Of a stretch of 64,000 nucleotides of DNA, positions 1 through 10,761 are shown one piece after another. This stretch comes from an uncultured cyanobacterium. GTDB lineage: Bacteria > Cyanobacteriota > Cyanobacteriia > Cyanobacteriales > Nostocaceae. A program made the translations under genes and the position numbers. The notes under the pieces were generated by a model, which was not told the DNA's origin, did no database searches, and saw only the letters and a list, made by a program, of their open reading frames with translations. The DNA is taken from contig CAVUDP010000002.1 of assembly GCA_963740315.1 (NCBI GenBank), forward strand, positions 1,088,001 through 1,152,000, written 5' to 3'. How positions within the stretch are numbered: the first letter of the stretch is position 1; every line of letters begins with the position of its first letter.

Positions 1-371
1 TTTTTACCACACCAACAGTGGCAGATTCAAAAGTTGCTAGTTTAGTTAATGTGGCTAAGTAGTAAGTTATCAAATTGTGGGCTGGTGCTATTAGATAGTT
101 TTAAAAATATTTGGTGGGGGTGATGATGCATCGCCCCCATTAATTGTGGTTAGTAGAAAAGCTTAATCAAAGGCAGAAGGTACCTTTCACCACTATTTGG
201 CAGAGTAAGTTGAAAACGGGGGAGTGTTAAAGCTTTTGAATAATTCCTTAGTCATCCGGCTGCTAGTTTCCCCTCCTTACGGATTTAAATGAATGTCGGG
301 CTTGGCTTTGAATTGATAGCCAATTACTTACAATCATTTTGTTTTCTAGGTTGCGGATAGTGGCAATTTAT

Positions 372-760
372 TTAACCTTTTTTTTCTAAAACTGATATCT
401 GCCCTTGTGAAATATTTTCCATTTCTATAGCAACCATAGCTTCATCAAATGCTCTTGGAAATACATCTTGATTGCTTGAATTTTTGTAACTATAGCCATC
501 ATAAAATCCTTTAGCAAACTCAATTGCTGCTCTGTCTTCAATTGGGTTATTCATGCCAATCACATAATCAATGTACTGGCTAATTGCCACAGCAGGTTTT
601 TCTGAATAACAAGCATTAAGCAGCACGCATTTAACAAAATCAACGTGCAATTTAAACAAAGATGCTAAACCTTCAGGTGAAACAGGTTTATTGTTTCCCC
701 CATCATCCTCTAACAGCAAGCTACCATCTTTTTCACCATGCCCGCAAAAAAAGAATGTTT
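372..760 (-). pseudogene. C-terminal half of a CHAT (caspase-like) domain; N-terminal part missing
   Basis: FCGHG...VLLNACYS His/Cys motifs and the 'VIGMNNPIEDRAAIEFAKGFYDG' CHAT signature; upstream of FCGHG the frame does not resemble CHAT. Confidence 0.65.
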
Positions 761-998
761 CTTCTTTGTTTCCATGTACTAAATTATCCGTAACGCCTAA
801 ACCCAAAATTATCTTGAGTTCTCTTTTTTAAAGTATTGTGATAAATTCGGGTATGGGGGAATACTACTTAAAACAAGAGTTAACCATGTAGAAAAATTAT
901 TAAAGCATTATGCACTTTATATCTTGCACCTCAAGCATAAATACTGAATTTAAAAAATAGATATTAAAAAATATTACTAATTTAATTAGTCATACATT

Positions 999-1050
999 TA
1001 GTCCATTTTAATGGACTTTTGCTATTAGACAGGGGTTTGCAACCCCTGGC
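999..1050. repeat. Two-hairpin REP-like element (AGTCCATTTTAATGGACT + CAGGGGTTTGCAACCCCTG); related copies at 48314-48366 (inverted) and 49949-50001
   Basis: Palindromes read directly; three related copies in the window. Confidence 0.75.
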
Positions 1051-1303
1051 AGGTATGAACAGAGTCGAAGAATCTATAATTGTTTTTAGAAGTGGAATGG
1101 TGCGTGACGCTATAAGAATTGTAACCACTAAGAAGAATTATCTGCATGGTCACACACCCTACAATTATTAATTTACAAGTGGGATTTTGTGTGACACGTC
1201 AAGACTGCTAACTCTTCGTCTTGAATCCAAAATAGAAAAAACCCGACTGTAGAATTCAGCCGAGTTTTGACTTAATGTTAAAGTTGTTCTTCAGACAGAT
1301 GTA

Positions 1304-1603
1304 TTAATCTTCGCCAAATTCCTCCAATAGCTTCTTCTTATAAGTAACTGCGGCAACGGTAACAGTTTGACCTTTGATACGGTAGATAATTCGATACATA
1401 TAGGCAAACTGCTGTCTAACACTATCGTCATCGAATTCTGGCACAACTTCACCAGCAGTAGGACAGTGACTCAAACTGCGAGTCACATCAAGTATTTTCT
1501 TAACGACTGCCGCAGCATAAGAAGCAGAATCACGAGAGATATATATGGCAATTGCTTCTACATCATCTAAAGCTTTAGGTGACCATTCTACTTGATAAGC
1601 CAT
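1304..1603 (-). CDS. Type II toxin, RelE/ParE family
   Basis: 'V.WS..A.DD...I..YI..DS...A' N-terminus and YRIIYRI motif; overlaps the upstream small ORF. Confidence 0.85.
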   Translation of the reverse strand: MAYQVEWSPKALDDVEAIAIYISRDSASYAAAVVKKILDVTRSLSHCPTAGEVVPEFDDDSVRQQFAYMYRIIYRIKGQTVTVAAVTYKKKLLEEFGED

Positions 1604-1776
1604 TTGCTTAAACGTTCTTTGGCCTCATTATGTGTCCTTGTTCCTCTAGTATCGGCTACTTCTATGCTACGTCGCACTTTTTCGCTCACATACAAATGAT
1701 ATTGGATATCTTCAACAGAACAATCATCCGGTAATTGCTTCAAAATAGATTGAATGCTTTCCTTTGGAGTACTCAT
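1588..1776 (-). CDS. Cognate antitoxin (62 aa, start reassigned to ATG 1776)
   Basis: 'KE.I..ILKQLPDDCSVEDIQYHLYV.EKV' is typical of ParE-associated antitoxins; 16-nt overlap with the toxin. Confidence 0.75.
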   Translation of the reverse strand: MSTPKESIQSILKQLPDDCSVEDIQYHLYVSEKVRRSIEVADTRGTRTHNEAKERLSKWLIK

Positions 1777-1847
1777 AATGTTATTTTTTGGGTATTTATA
1801 TAAATTCGGAAATAGCTTGATGGGCATATGCCCACCTCTATTGTCTC

Positions 1848-3692
1848 CTAAAAGTTGCTGTAATTGGTAATAGCATTCTTCATATTGTCCAGTACTTCGG
1901 ATACGGACATGGTTCCTAAATCTCCGGAAGCACGGGTACGAATACTTAAAGTATTAGATTCTACCTCTTTTTGTCCGACTACAGCCATTACGGGAATTTT
2001 CTGTTTTTCGGCATTACGTATTAGTTTACCAAGTCTATCACCACTGGTATCTACTTCCGCACGAATACCTAACATAAGCATTTTAGAAACAACATCTTTA
2101 GCAAAATCTAATTGCGCTTCAGTTACTGGCAATAATCTTGCTTGTACTGGTGCTAGCCATAAAGGAAAATCACCTGCATATTCTTCAATTAAAATTCCAA
2201 TTAACCGCTCCAAGGAACCAAAAGGAGCGCGGTGAATCATTACCGGGCGTTGACGAGTACCGTCTTCAGCAACGTATTCTAATTTAAAGCGTTCGGGCAA
2301 AATATAGTCTACCTGTACCGTTCCTAACTGCCATTCTCTTTCCAAAGCGTCTTGGAAGATAAAATCGAGTTTGGGACCGTAAAAAGCAGCTTCTCCAATA
2401 CCTTCAAAGTGAGCCATTCCTAGCTTTTCTACGGCACGGCGAATTGCACCTTCGGCTTTGTCCCACGCTTCATCGGAACCGATATACTTATCTTCGGTAG
2501 GGTCGCGAAAGCTCAATCTAGCTTTAAAATTCTTTAATTGCAGTTTGTTGAATACCGATAAAATTAAATCTACGACGTTAAGAAATTCTTCATCAAGCTG
2601 TTCGGGAGTTACAAATAGGTGAGAATCATCCACCGTGAAGCCTCTTACCCTTGTCAAACCACCTAATTCACCAGATTGTTCGTAGCGGTAAACCGTGCCG
2701 AATTCAGCTAAACGTATTGGTAGTTCTCGATAGGAACGCAGTTCGCTGTCGTATATTTGAATGTGAAACGGACAGTTCATCGGCTTCATTACAAAACCGT
2801 TTTCTAATTTTGCAGCTTCCTCATCTTCCGCCATTAAAGGAAACATATCTTCTTTGTATTTCTGCCAATGTCCTGAAGTTTTAAATAAATCAACTTTGGC
2901 AATATGAGGTGTTACTACAGGCAAATAACCCCGCTTCAACTGTTCTTGCTTAAGAAAATCTTCTAATAGACTTCTTAATAAAGTACCTTTAGGAGTCCAC
3001 AACGGTAAACCAGGTCCGACTAAATCGGAAAAGATAAATAATCCTAATTCTTTACCTAATTTACGATGGTCGCGGCGCATTGCTTCTTCTTTACGCCGCT
3101 TGTATTCTGTTAACTGTTCGGGGTTTTCCCAAGCAGTACCGTAAATACGCTGTAGCTGTGCCTTATTCTCATCTCCACGCCAATAAGCACCAGCGACGCT
3201 TTCTAATTCGATCGCTTTTGGCTTTAACTCGCTGGTATTTTCTAAATGAGGTCCAGCACATAAATCCCACCATTCTTCCCCCAAATGGTAGATTGTAATT
3301 GGTTCTTCTTTAATATCTTCTAGGACTTCTAACTTATAAGGTTCGTTAATTTCTTTAATGCGGCGTTGGGCTTCCTCGCGGCTGACTTCTTCTCTAATAA
3401 CGGGTAATTTACGATTAATTATTTTCACCATCTCCTTATAGATGGCTTTCAAATCCTTCTCGGTAAATGGTTCTGGATTATCAAAGTCATAGTAAAAGCC
3501 GTTTTCAATCCACGGACCGATCGTGACTTGGCTTTTAGGAAACAGCTTTTGTACCGCCATTGCCATAATATGAGAAGCTGTATGACGAATCTTTTTCAAA
3601 TCTTCAGATTCGCTGGTACGTGGTAGATTGATTTTTTGAGGTTCAGATTCACTCAAGTATTCCGAAGGCGACAACGTCGGCTGTTTAACCAT
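1848..3692 (-). CDS. thrS: Threonine--tRNA ligase
   Basis: IRHTASH, DLCAGPH, RDHRKLG, KPMNCP, GAAFYGPK-like and HRAPFGSLER motifs. Confidence 0.98.
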   Translation of the reverse strand: MVKQPTLSPSEYLSESEPQKINLPRTSESEDLKKIRHTASHIMAMAVQKLFPKSQVTIGPWIENGFYYDFDNPEPFTEKDLKAIYKEMVKIINRKLPVIREEVSREEAQRRIKEINEPYKLEVLEDIKEEPITIYHLGEEWWDLCAGPHLENTSELKPKAIELESVAGAYWRGDENKAQLQRIYGTAWENPEQLTEYKRRKEEAMRRDHRKLGKELGLFIFSDLVGPGLPLWTPKGTLLRSLLEDFLKQEQLKRGYLPVVTPHIAKVDLFKTSGHWQKYKEDMFPLMAEDEEAAKLENGFVMKPMNCPFHIQIYDSELRSYRELPIRLAEFGTVYRYEQSGELGGLTRVRGFTVDDSHLFVTPEQLDEEFLNVVDLILSVFNKLQLKNFKARLSFRDPTEDKYIGSDEAWDKAEGAIRRAVEKLGMAHFEGIGEAAFYGPKLDFIFQDALEREWQLGTVQVDYILPERFKLEYVAEDGTRQRPVMIHRAPFGSLERLIGILIEEYAGDFPLWLAPVQARLLPVTEAQLDFAKDVVSKMLMLGIRAEVDTSGDRLGKLIRNAEKQKIPVMAVVGQKEVESNTLSIRTRASGDLGTMSVSEVLDNMKNAITNYSNF

Positions 3693-3876
3693 TGGCGAAA
3701 GTTACTTTATTTTGGAACTGCATCTATATTAACGACCTTGGGTAAACTACATCGTTTTTCCTTGTGAAATGTTGTTAACAGTATTTACGTCTTGCTTGAA
3801 AAGACAACCTATATCTAATTATTCTGTCTTTAGGATAGGTACAAATCAGAAAGTTAATATATATAATATAAAAAAG

Positions 3877-3892
3877 TGTAATAAAAATTACA
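3877..3892. promoter_or_regulatory. Putative NtcA box TGTA-N8-TACA
   Basis: TGTAATAAAAATTACA in the divergent thrS/DUF2605 intergenic region; the AT-rich context makes a chance match possible. Confidence 0.35.
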
Positions 3893-3994
3893 GATTTTTT
3901 TAAGGATCTATCTTGAGAAGTATGTTGCGTTAAATGTTAAGAATATTAAAGAACGTTAATATTAGTAATAAAAATTGAAATTTTCTTCTCATTT

Positions 3995-4330
3995 ATGCGA
4001 GACTCTAATTTACCGGAGCCTGAATTACTGAAGACGGTGTTGCAGCCGTTGTTGGAAGACTTCGAGTATTGGTTTGCTCGTTCGCGAACCTTCCTTGAAA
4101 CAGAGCAGCTATCATTTTTGGATAAGCAGGAACAATCCGATCTATTGACAAGGGTGAAGGTTGCTGCTGATGAAGTGAGAGCAGCAAAAATGTTGTTTAC
4201 AGTTGCTGAAGGTAAGGTGGGGATTGATATGGCAACGCTTATGCCTTGGCATAAGTTAGTGACTGAATGTTGGAATGTCGCGATGCGATTCCGCTCTAAG
4301 CAGGATTCTGAGGGGCGAGACGAACTATAA
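3995..4330 (+). CDS. Conserved cyanobacterial protein (DUF2605-like)
   Basis: 'LLKTVLQPLLEDFEYWF.RS' and 'MPWHKLVTECW' motifs. Confidence 0.75.
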   Translation: MRDSNLPEPELLKTVLQPLLEDFEYWFARSRTFLETEQLSFLDKQEQSDLLTRVKVAADEVRAAKMLFTVAEGKVGIDMATLMPWHKLVTECWNVAMRFRSKQDSEGRDEL

Positions 4331-4384
4331 AATTAATAATACTTTTTCTAAACTTCTTTAAGATTAATGACGTTTAGGAGAAAA

Positions 4385-4400
4385 TGTAATTAATGCTACA
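4385..4400. promoter_or_regulatory. Putative NtcA box TGTA-N8-TACA
   Basis: TGTAATTAATGCTACA about 150 nt upstream of the DUF2973-like gene. Confidence 0.4.
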
Positions 4401-4547
4401 TAGAATTACCTGTATAGCGAATCTGCTCAATTAAGTATGGTAGCACTCATGGCGTATCGGGAACTTGTATATTACATCTGCAAGTGAGAGTGCTTTTCAA
4501 ATTCAAATGAATGTTTAAAAACTCGCTGCTTCTAAAGGAAAAACTCA

Positions 4548-4898
4548 ATGCTATTACAATTGCTTTACATTCTCGCTTTTACTATTCTTGCTTTTATAGC
4601 CGTTGCTAACTTGATTCGTAATTTAATCATGTTTAGTTTTGATAGACCTGGAAATTATCCACCGCGATTCGGAAGAAACGAGGTTGGAGGGGTTTATCCC
4701 AATCAAGGTAATTATCCGTTGTCTGCATCTAGAAGACAGTTTGTACCCCATCCCGAACTTTTAGATAATTCTGGCAATATCGTTAAAGAGCCGCTGTTGG
4801 TAATGCGTTCGATTAATGTTGAAGATGCTCGCCAACAGCTTGATGCTCTTTATGAATCGTCTCCAGGAAGTAAAGCTGATAGTTCCGAGGAAGGTTAG
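4548..4898 (+). CDS. Conserved cyanobacterial membrane-anchored protein (DUF2973-like)
   Basis: N-terminal TM helix and 'PHPELLD..G....EPLLVMRS' motif. Confidence 0.75.
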   Translation: MLLQLLYILAFTILAFIAVANLIRNLIMFSFDRPGNYPPRFGRNEVGGVYPNQGNYPLSASRRQFVPHPELLDNSGNIVKEPLLVMRSINVEDARQQLDALYESSPGSKADSSEEG

Positions 4899-5011
4899 AA
4901 GCGATCGGAATGTTTCTTATTAATTTAATTTTATAGAGACGTAAAATGTAAAGGCGCAAAATGTAAAGGCGCGATATATAGAGACGCGATATATCGCGTC
5001 TCTACATTTAT

Positions 5012-7294
5012 CTAGGCTTCAATCACAACTCGGAGGTTGCCGCGTTTTTTGGCAACTCGACAAGCAGTGGTGCTACCAGAACGCTCGAATTCTAAATCAA
5101 GAATTGTTGGGCCAACTCGCAAATTATGAAGCGAAAGACTATTTATCGACTCTGGTAATGCTGGATCGATAATTCTTAAGCAATTGTTGGGCGCGTCGGG
5201 TACTAAGTTAACCATCATTTGCAGTAGCTGGAAGATAGAACCAGTAGCCCAAGCTTGGGGAGTACAAGCTACCGGGTACCTTACGGGAGCTTCATCACCG
5301 TTACGCTCGTAGCCGCAAAATAATTCGGGCGGACGTTGGTAAGGCTGCATGGAAGTCATATCGAACAAACCTTGGAAAATTTCCAAAGCTTGGTCAATTA
5401 ATCCTAGCGATCGCAATCCCATCGCGATAATAGCGTTGTCGTGGGGCCATACCGAACCGACATGGTAGCCCATTGGGTTGTAAGCTGGAGACAAACTACT
5501 AAGAGTACGAATACCCCAACCGTTAAACATATCGGGTGCCCGCAGTCTTTCCGCAACGCTATAGGCATTTTCAGGAGTAAAAATTCCCAACTGCAAGCAG
5601 TGACCGGGGTTAGAAGTGATACTGTCTACTTGCTGCCCATCGCCATCTAATGACAAGGCGCAAAAATCTTGGTCTTCAATCCAAAAATCTCTATTAAAAC
5701 GAGCTTTTAAACTTCTAGCATCTTCTTGCCAGCGATCTGCTAAATCGAGTCGCTTTTTCATCCGAGCAATTTCTGCTAAGCGCATTTTTGCCGAATAAAC
5801 ATAACCTTGCACTTCACACAAGGTAATTGGACCGTTTGCCAATTCTCCTTTACGGTCTACAATACAGTCACCAGAATCCTTCCAACCTTGGTTAGCCAAA
5901 CCGCGCTTCGATCTACGGAAGTAGCTGAGGTAGCCAGTTTCTTTGAGATTGCGGTCTATCCAATCCATTGCCGCCAAAGCATTTGACCAAAGCTGCTCTA
6001 AGGTTTCCCCGTCGTGAGTCCAAGCAAAGTACTCAGCATAAAGCATTAACCATAAAGGTGTAGCATCAACCGTACCGTAGTAAGGCGTATGAGGTATTTC
6101 CTGAGTGCGAGCCAATTCTCCGAAACGCAACTCGTGGAGAATCTTACCCGGCTCTTCTTCGCGCCAGTCGTCGTCAACTTTACCTTGATAGCGAGCGAGT
6201 AAAGTCAAAGTCTCTTTGGCAATTTCCGGATTTAACATCAAAGTTTGGTAAGCGGTAATCAACGAATCCCTACCAAACAAAGTAGAAAACCACGGTACTC
6301 CAGCAGAAACAGTCTTTGATTTCCCAAAAGACTGGCGCAACAAATACATATCTTGTTCGCCGCGCTCGATTACTCGGTTAAAAGTACCTTTATCCGCACG
6401 AATTTGAGTAATCTTTTGTACCCAGTTTTGTTCCTCCATCATCTCGGCGGATCTAGCCTGAACCAAGGTTACGGGAGCGCTAACTGTGGAGGTAGGCTTG
6501 TTATTAGTAAACATATTAATCCGATAACCCAGCTTTTGGGTTTCGTGGCTGGCTAGTTCCAACTGCCAAACAGCGGTATAACCTTTAAAATAATCTGGTT
6601 GACGATGCTGGAAATGGATGCGCGATTCCATGATCAAGTTATCCAATCCTTGGTAAGCAAGCGTCAAAGCTTCTTCCCTTGAGGAGCGTTCATCTTGACT
6701 CGATCCGACATCATTGCTTGCTTCTTGCGATTGCGGTTCTACCAAACGCAGCAATCTACCACGATTCTCCCTACCAAAACCTCGGACTTCAAATAAATCT
6801 ACATAATCCGCATCAAAGCTAATACTTAACTCAAAGCTAACAGTGGTCGTACTATAGTTAGAAACTTCTATCTCTTCAAATAAGGCACCATTGAGTACCA
6901 ACTCCCTGCGAATTCCTACAGTATCCGCTTGCAATCGGTCGTCAATCCTGGGATTAGTACACAACACCGAAAGTGAAAACCCCTTGTTCGCAGTGCTACT
7001 GAGCAAAATTGGCGATCGCCCTTCAATTTGAAATTCCAATCGACTCAAAAAGCGGGTATCGCAACAAAACATCCCCATGCTGGGATTAACATCATTAAGC
7101 GAACAACCAGCAATGTTACCTAAAGTGTCTGTGACTAAAAACAAGTCATCATCTTTTATAGTTAAAGATGCTTGCGGTCTTTCGCTTAAAACGCAAGGCC
7201 ATTCTGGGATAGGAATTTGGTCGGCAGGAACAAAAGTTTTTCCGTCTAGTAAAATCTTGTCCGGTGTCATTAGGGTATCCGGTGTCATTAGCAA
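5012..7294 (-). CDS. Amylo-alpha-1,6-glucosidase / glycogen debranching enzyme family
   Basis: AGVPWFSTLFGRDS, EEPGKILHE, NQGWKDSGD, YHVGSVWPHDN and PQAWA motifs. Confidence 0.92.
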   Translation of the reverse strand: MLMTPDTLMTPDKILLDGKTFVPADQIPIPEWPCVLSERPQASLTIKDDDLFLVTDTLGNIAGCSLNDVNPSMGMFCCDTRFLSRLEFQIEGRSPILLSSTANKGFSLSVLCTNPRIDDRLQADTVGIRRELVLNGALFEEIEVSNYSTTTVSFELSISFDADYVDLFEVRGFGRENRGRLLRLVEPQSQEASNDVGSSQDERSSREEALTLAYQGLDNLIMESRIHFQHRQPDYFKGYTAVWQLELASHETQKLGYRINMFTNNKPTSTVSAPVTLVQARSAEMMEEQNWVQKITQIRADKGTFNRVIERGEQDMYLLRQSFGKSKTVSAGVPWFSTLFGRDSLITAYQTLMLNPEIAKETLTLLARYQGKVDDDWREEEPGKILHELRFGELARTQEIPHTPYYGTVDATPLWLMLYAEYFAWTHDGETLEQLWSNALAAMDWIDRNLKETGYLSYFRRSKRGLANQGWKDSGDCIVDRKGELANGPITLCEVQGYVYSAKMRLAEIARMKKRLDLADRWQEDARSLKARFNRDFWIEDQDFCALSLDGDGQQVDSITSNPGHCLQLGIFTPENAYSVAERLRAPDMFNGWGIRTLSSLSPAYNPMGYHVGSVWPHDNAIIAMGLRSLGLIDQALEIFQGLFDMTSMQPYQRPPELFCGYERNGDEAPVRYPVACTPQAWATGSIFQLLQMMVNLVPDAPNNCLRIIDPALPESINSLSLHNLRVGPTILDLEFERSGSTTACRVAKKRGNLRVVIEA

Positions 7295-8114
7295 AAATTC
7301 CGTGTACGGGTGTATAGTTTCAAAGTTAGCAATGCGTCAGCAGGAGAAAAGACGCGGTTTAAAACTTATTTGAGCCATTGAGCAAGAACATTAATCGCAT
7401 ACAGTTAAATCGAGGGACACAACAAGAGCAAATATCTAAAATATTTATAAATATGTATGTTTAAAAAAGTATCGTAAATAGCAAACCTATATTAAATAAA
7501 ACCAAGTAATAATTTGGGAATGTTTGTACTTAACTTTTAAAACGCTATGCAAGCAAAATTCCTTATACAGAAGCCATTTCAACTGTTGTCTATGCAACTA
7601 GTGGTAGAAGGGCTATGTATATTTTATCTACTAACTATTACAGTAAATTATTTAAACACGTTATATAATTCTTATCTATATTTATTTATTTATACGTAAA
7701 CTAAATATAACCATACTTATAAACTTTGTTTTTAATCTTGAATAGACAAAAACAATGCATTTTATATATACCATAAAATTAATGGTTAATTCAAAACCAC
7801 CAAAATTGAGCCGCGCCTTGCGGCAATTTTTTATAGTAGTTTAGTATTTGTTAAAAAGGTAAGTATATTGATACTACTTAATCCATTAGCTGCCTTTACG
7901 ATCGAACTATAAATACTATTAAGCGACGCTATTAGTCAACTGCCCCACCCACAAGGGGATGGGTTATACAGGCGATCGATAAAATCAAATATTTCACAAT
8001 AAAACAAAGTCCGCTTGAGGCAGACTTTGCTTATATAACTCTACACTAACACCGATTGTCAAAGCTCATACCTTTAGAAGAAGTAAAAGGTATTCAAACC
8101 TTGACAGTTATAGC

Positions 8115-9158
8115 TTATAAAGATTGAGTCGAATTCAGAACCATAGAATAAGCTCTCTCATACTCGTCAGTCATCGTTTCAACGCTAAAGCGGCTAACGA
8201 CATATTCCCGACAAGTTTGACGATCTAGTTTTGTAGCTTTTGGAACCATCTCAATCGCTTGCTCTAAGTTTTCGCAAACGAAACCTGTTTTTCCATCGGC
8301 GATAACTTCCGGTACGGAACCCAAATTCATGGCGATTACAGGGGTACCAGCAGCCATTGACTCAATCATCACTAAACCAAAAGGCTCTCGCCAAGTGATG
8401 GGAAACAATGTTACGGTTGCTTCACCTAAGAGTTTCACCTTATCCTCATGGGAAATCTCCCCAAGATATTGAATTTGTTCGCCATCAATTAATGGTTCTA
8501 CTTTTTCTCGATAGTAATCAACGTCTACCGCGTCAATTTTACCGGCGATTTTCAACGGTAAACCACTAGCACGAGCAATTTTAATCGCTTCTACCGCTCC
8601 TTTTTGTGGCGAGATTCTACCTACAAAAGCTAAATAGGCAGGTTGTGCGGGTTGGCTTACGAAGGGATAAACAGCCGTATCAATGCCGTTGTAGACTGTA
8701 TGAACGTAATTTAAATCCGGGCAAGGTTCTCGCTGTGAAGAGGAAATACTGATTAAAGGCTGCTCGCTAAAACGCCGATGTATTTTAGCAGTATCGGATG
8801 TAAATGCGCCGTGGAGCGTATGTACGGTAGGCGTTTTGACAAAACCGCTGTATGTAAGAGATGCATAACCAATATGAGAATGAATAATATCAAAATTGGC
8901 GTAACATTCTTGATAAACGTCAGCGAGCATCATTTGATGGTAAACATCTGGCTCTTGAATAGAAGAGTCGAGCCGTAAAGCTCGATCGTGAACCGAATGC
9001 AACTTTGAAGAAATAATCGAATCACCAGAAGCGAACAAAGTTACTTCATGTCCGCGCCGAACTAATTCATCCGTGAGAAGTTTGACAATCAGTTCTATTC
9101 CGCCGTAGCGAAAGGGAGGAACGCGCTCCCATAAAGGAGAAATTTGAGCAATTCTCAT
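8115..9158 (-). CDS. Glycosyltransferase family 4
   Basis: MRIAQISPLWERVPP..YGG.E start and EPFGLVMIESMAAGTPV motif. Confidence 0.93.
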   Translation of the reverse strand: MRIAQISPLWERVPPFRYGGIELIVKLLTDELVRRGHEVTLFASGDSIISSKLHSVHDRALRLDSSIQEPDVYHQMMLADVYQECYANFDIIHSHIGYASLTYSGFVKTPTVHTLHGAFTSDTAKIHRRFSEQPLISISSSQREPCPDLNYVHTVYNGIDTAVYPFVSQPAQPAYLAFVGRISPQKGAVEAIKIARASGLPLKIAGKIDAVDVDYYREKVEPLIDGEQIQYLGEISHEDKVKLLGEATVTLFPITWREPFGLVMIESMAAGTPVIAMNLGSVPEVIADGKTGFVCENLEQAIEMVPKATKLDRQTCREYVVSRFSVETMTDEYERAYSMVLNSTQSL

Positions 9159-10761
9159 GTTTCACCAATGTGGTAAATAAGGCATATCAGCCCCGTACAT
9201 ATTATTCTAAAGCTATTAATTCCGACGGGGTAAGTATGCTATGCCAAGTTTGCTTTAATAGCCCGACAAAGGTAGCTTAAATAGCTGGGTATATATCAAT
9301 AACAAGGCATAAGGGAACAACAGTTAAGCAGCGATCGCTAATCACTTGATGAATCTAATAATGTGTCGCTACCATTGCTTATTACTCGATCGCAATTAAG
9401 CGAGCCAAAATTTGTTTACTCTGTGCTTAATGGCAATAAAATAAGTAAGCGGATATTATCAGCTATTATTTCTAGATTCTTTTACATTGATTGATGAATC
9501 TTGAATCAACAAAATTATATTACATGAAACATGAATATGATGCAATACATACTGAGTGATTGAATGTATGTTAAATCTTTATTGTTGTTCTAATAATAAG
9601 TTAATTTAACGATAGAAAAGCACAAAAAAATGGCATTTGTTTTTACAAATCAACTATATTTATTAGACAAAAGTATACATTAATCTCGGATTTTTCAATA
9701 GATAGTTTCGCTGCTGAAGCCTTAATTATTCACAAACATATTGACTAGTACGAAGCCACATTAAATATGATGGGTAACACGTTCGTAGTGCTGTCTTCGT
9801 AGCTTGTCCGCAACGATATGCATCTTGCATGGCGAATGGTGGCTAGCGAGCGACTAGTGCTTTGTCCCATAAAAAATGCCGGGTGAGGGTGAGAGGGGGG
9901 AGCGGAGGAAGCAGGGGAGCAGGGGAAGAAAAAGCTTTTTGTTTTCAAACTACACCCATTACTTATTAATAGGACAGACTACCAGGTAAATCAAACGCTA
10001 TCGAAGAATATGGTTTTTAACTGCAATTATTTGATACAGAAATTTACTTATAAATCATTAAAATAAAATCATCTCAAAATAATATTATATATATTGACGA
10101 AAAAGTATATTTTATGACAAAGAATAAATGTAACAGAAAAACAAAAAATTTATATTGATACTGTCTTAACAAACAAAGACATCGATCGGTTAAGTGAGAA
10201 TATAAGCAAAATATTTAACGATTTAAAATCACCATGATACTAAATTAAAAAGGATAATTGAATTAAATATAAACCGGCGCGATCGCAGCATTTAAAATTA
10301 TAAAATTAGTCCCAAGCAGTACAGACAAACGAGCTTAACTGCTAAAAAAGTGAAAGTACATAGAATAATTTATATGTATGTTTCCCCAAATTTGGAAGGA
10401 ACAGAAAATATACAGACTTTTTCCAAAATTCTAGGGAGAAATTCTATAGAGCGTTTTACGCTTAACATTTCTTCACAGATCGCAATTATATATAAATAAA
10501 AATTTTTAACTACAGTAAAGTTGTTTTGTCGAAATCTCAGCAGAGGACGAGGTAAAATGTTTTCATTATTATATTTTAGATGCCTAACCGCTGTAGCATA
10601 GCTGCAATTAAAGAACTGTAAATATTTTTACAGCCCTTTAAACCGATGAAAGTATTCTTTACAAATTGCAACTTTATGTTTGACCTGAGAATCCGTTGTA
10701 GTTTGTACAATGCAGCTGTGACGTGGATTCAAATCCAGATTGTGGCTCCTTAACGACATTC

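Noticed and set aside
3..62. 3' end of a plus-strand gene entering the window (…FTTPTVADSKVASLVNVAK*), followed by a hairpin at about 112-141
   Set aside because: Too short to identify or support.
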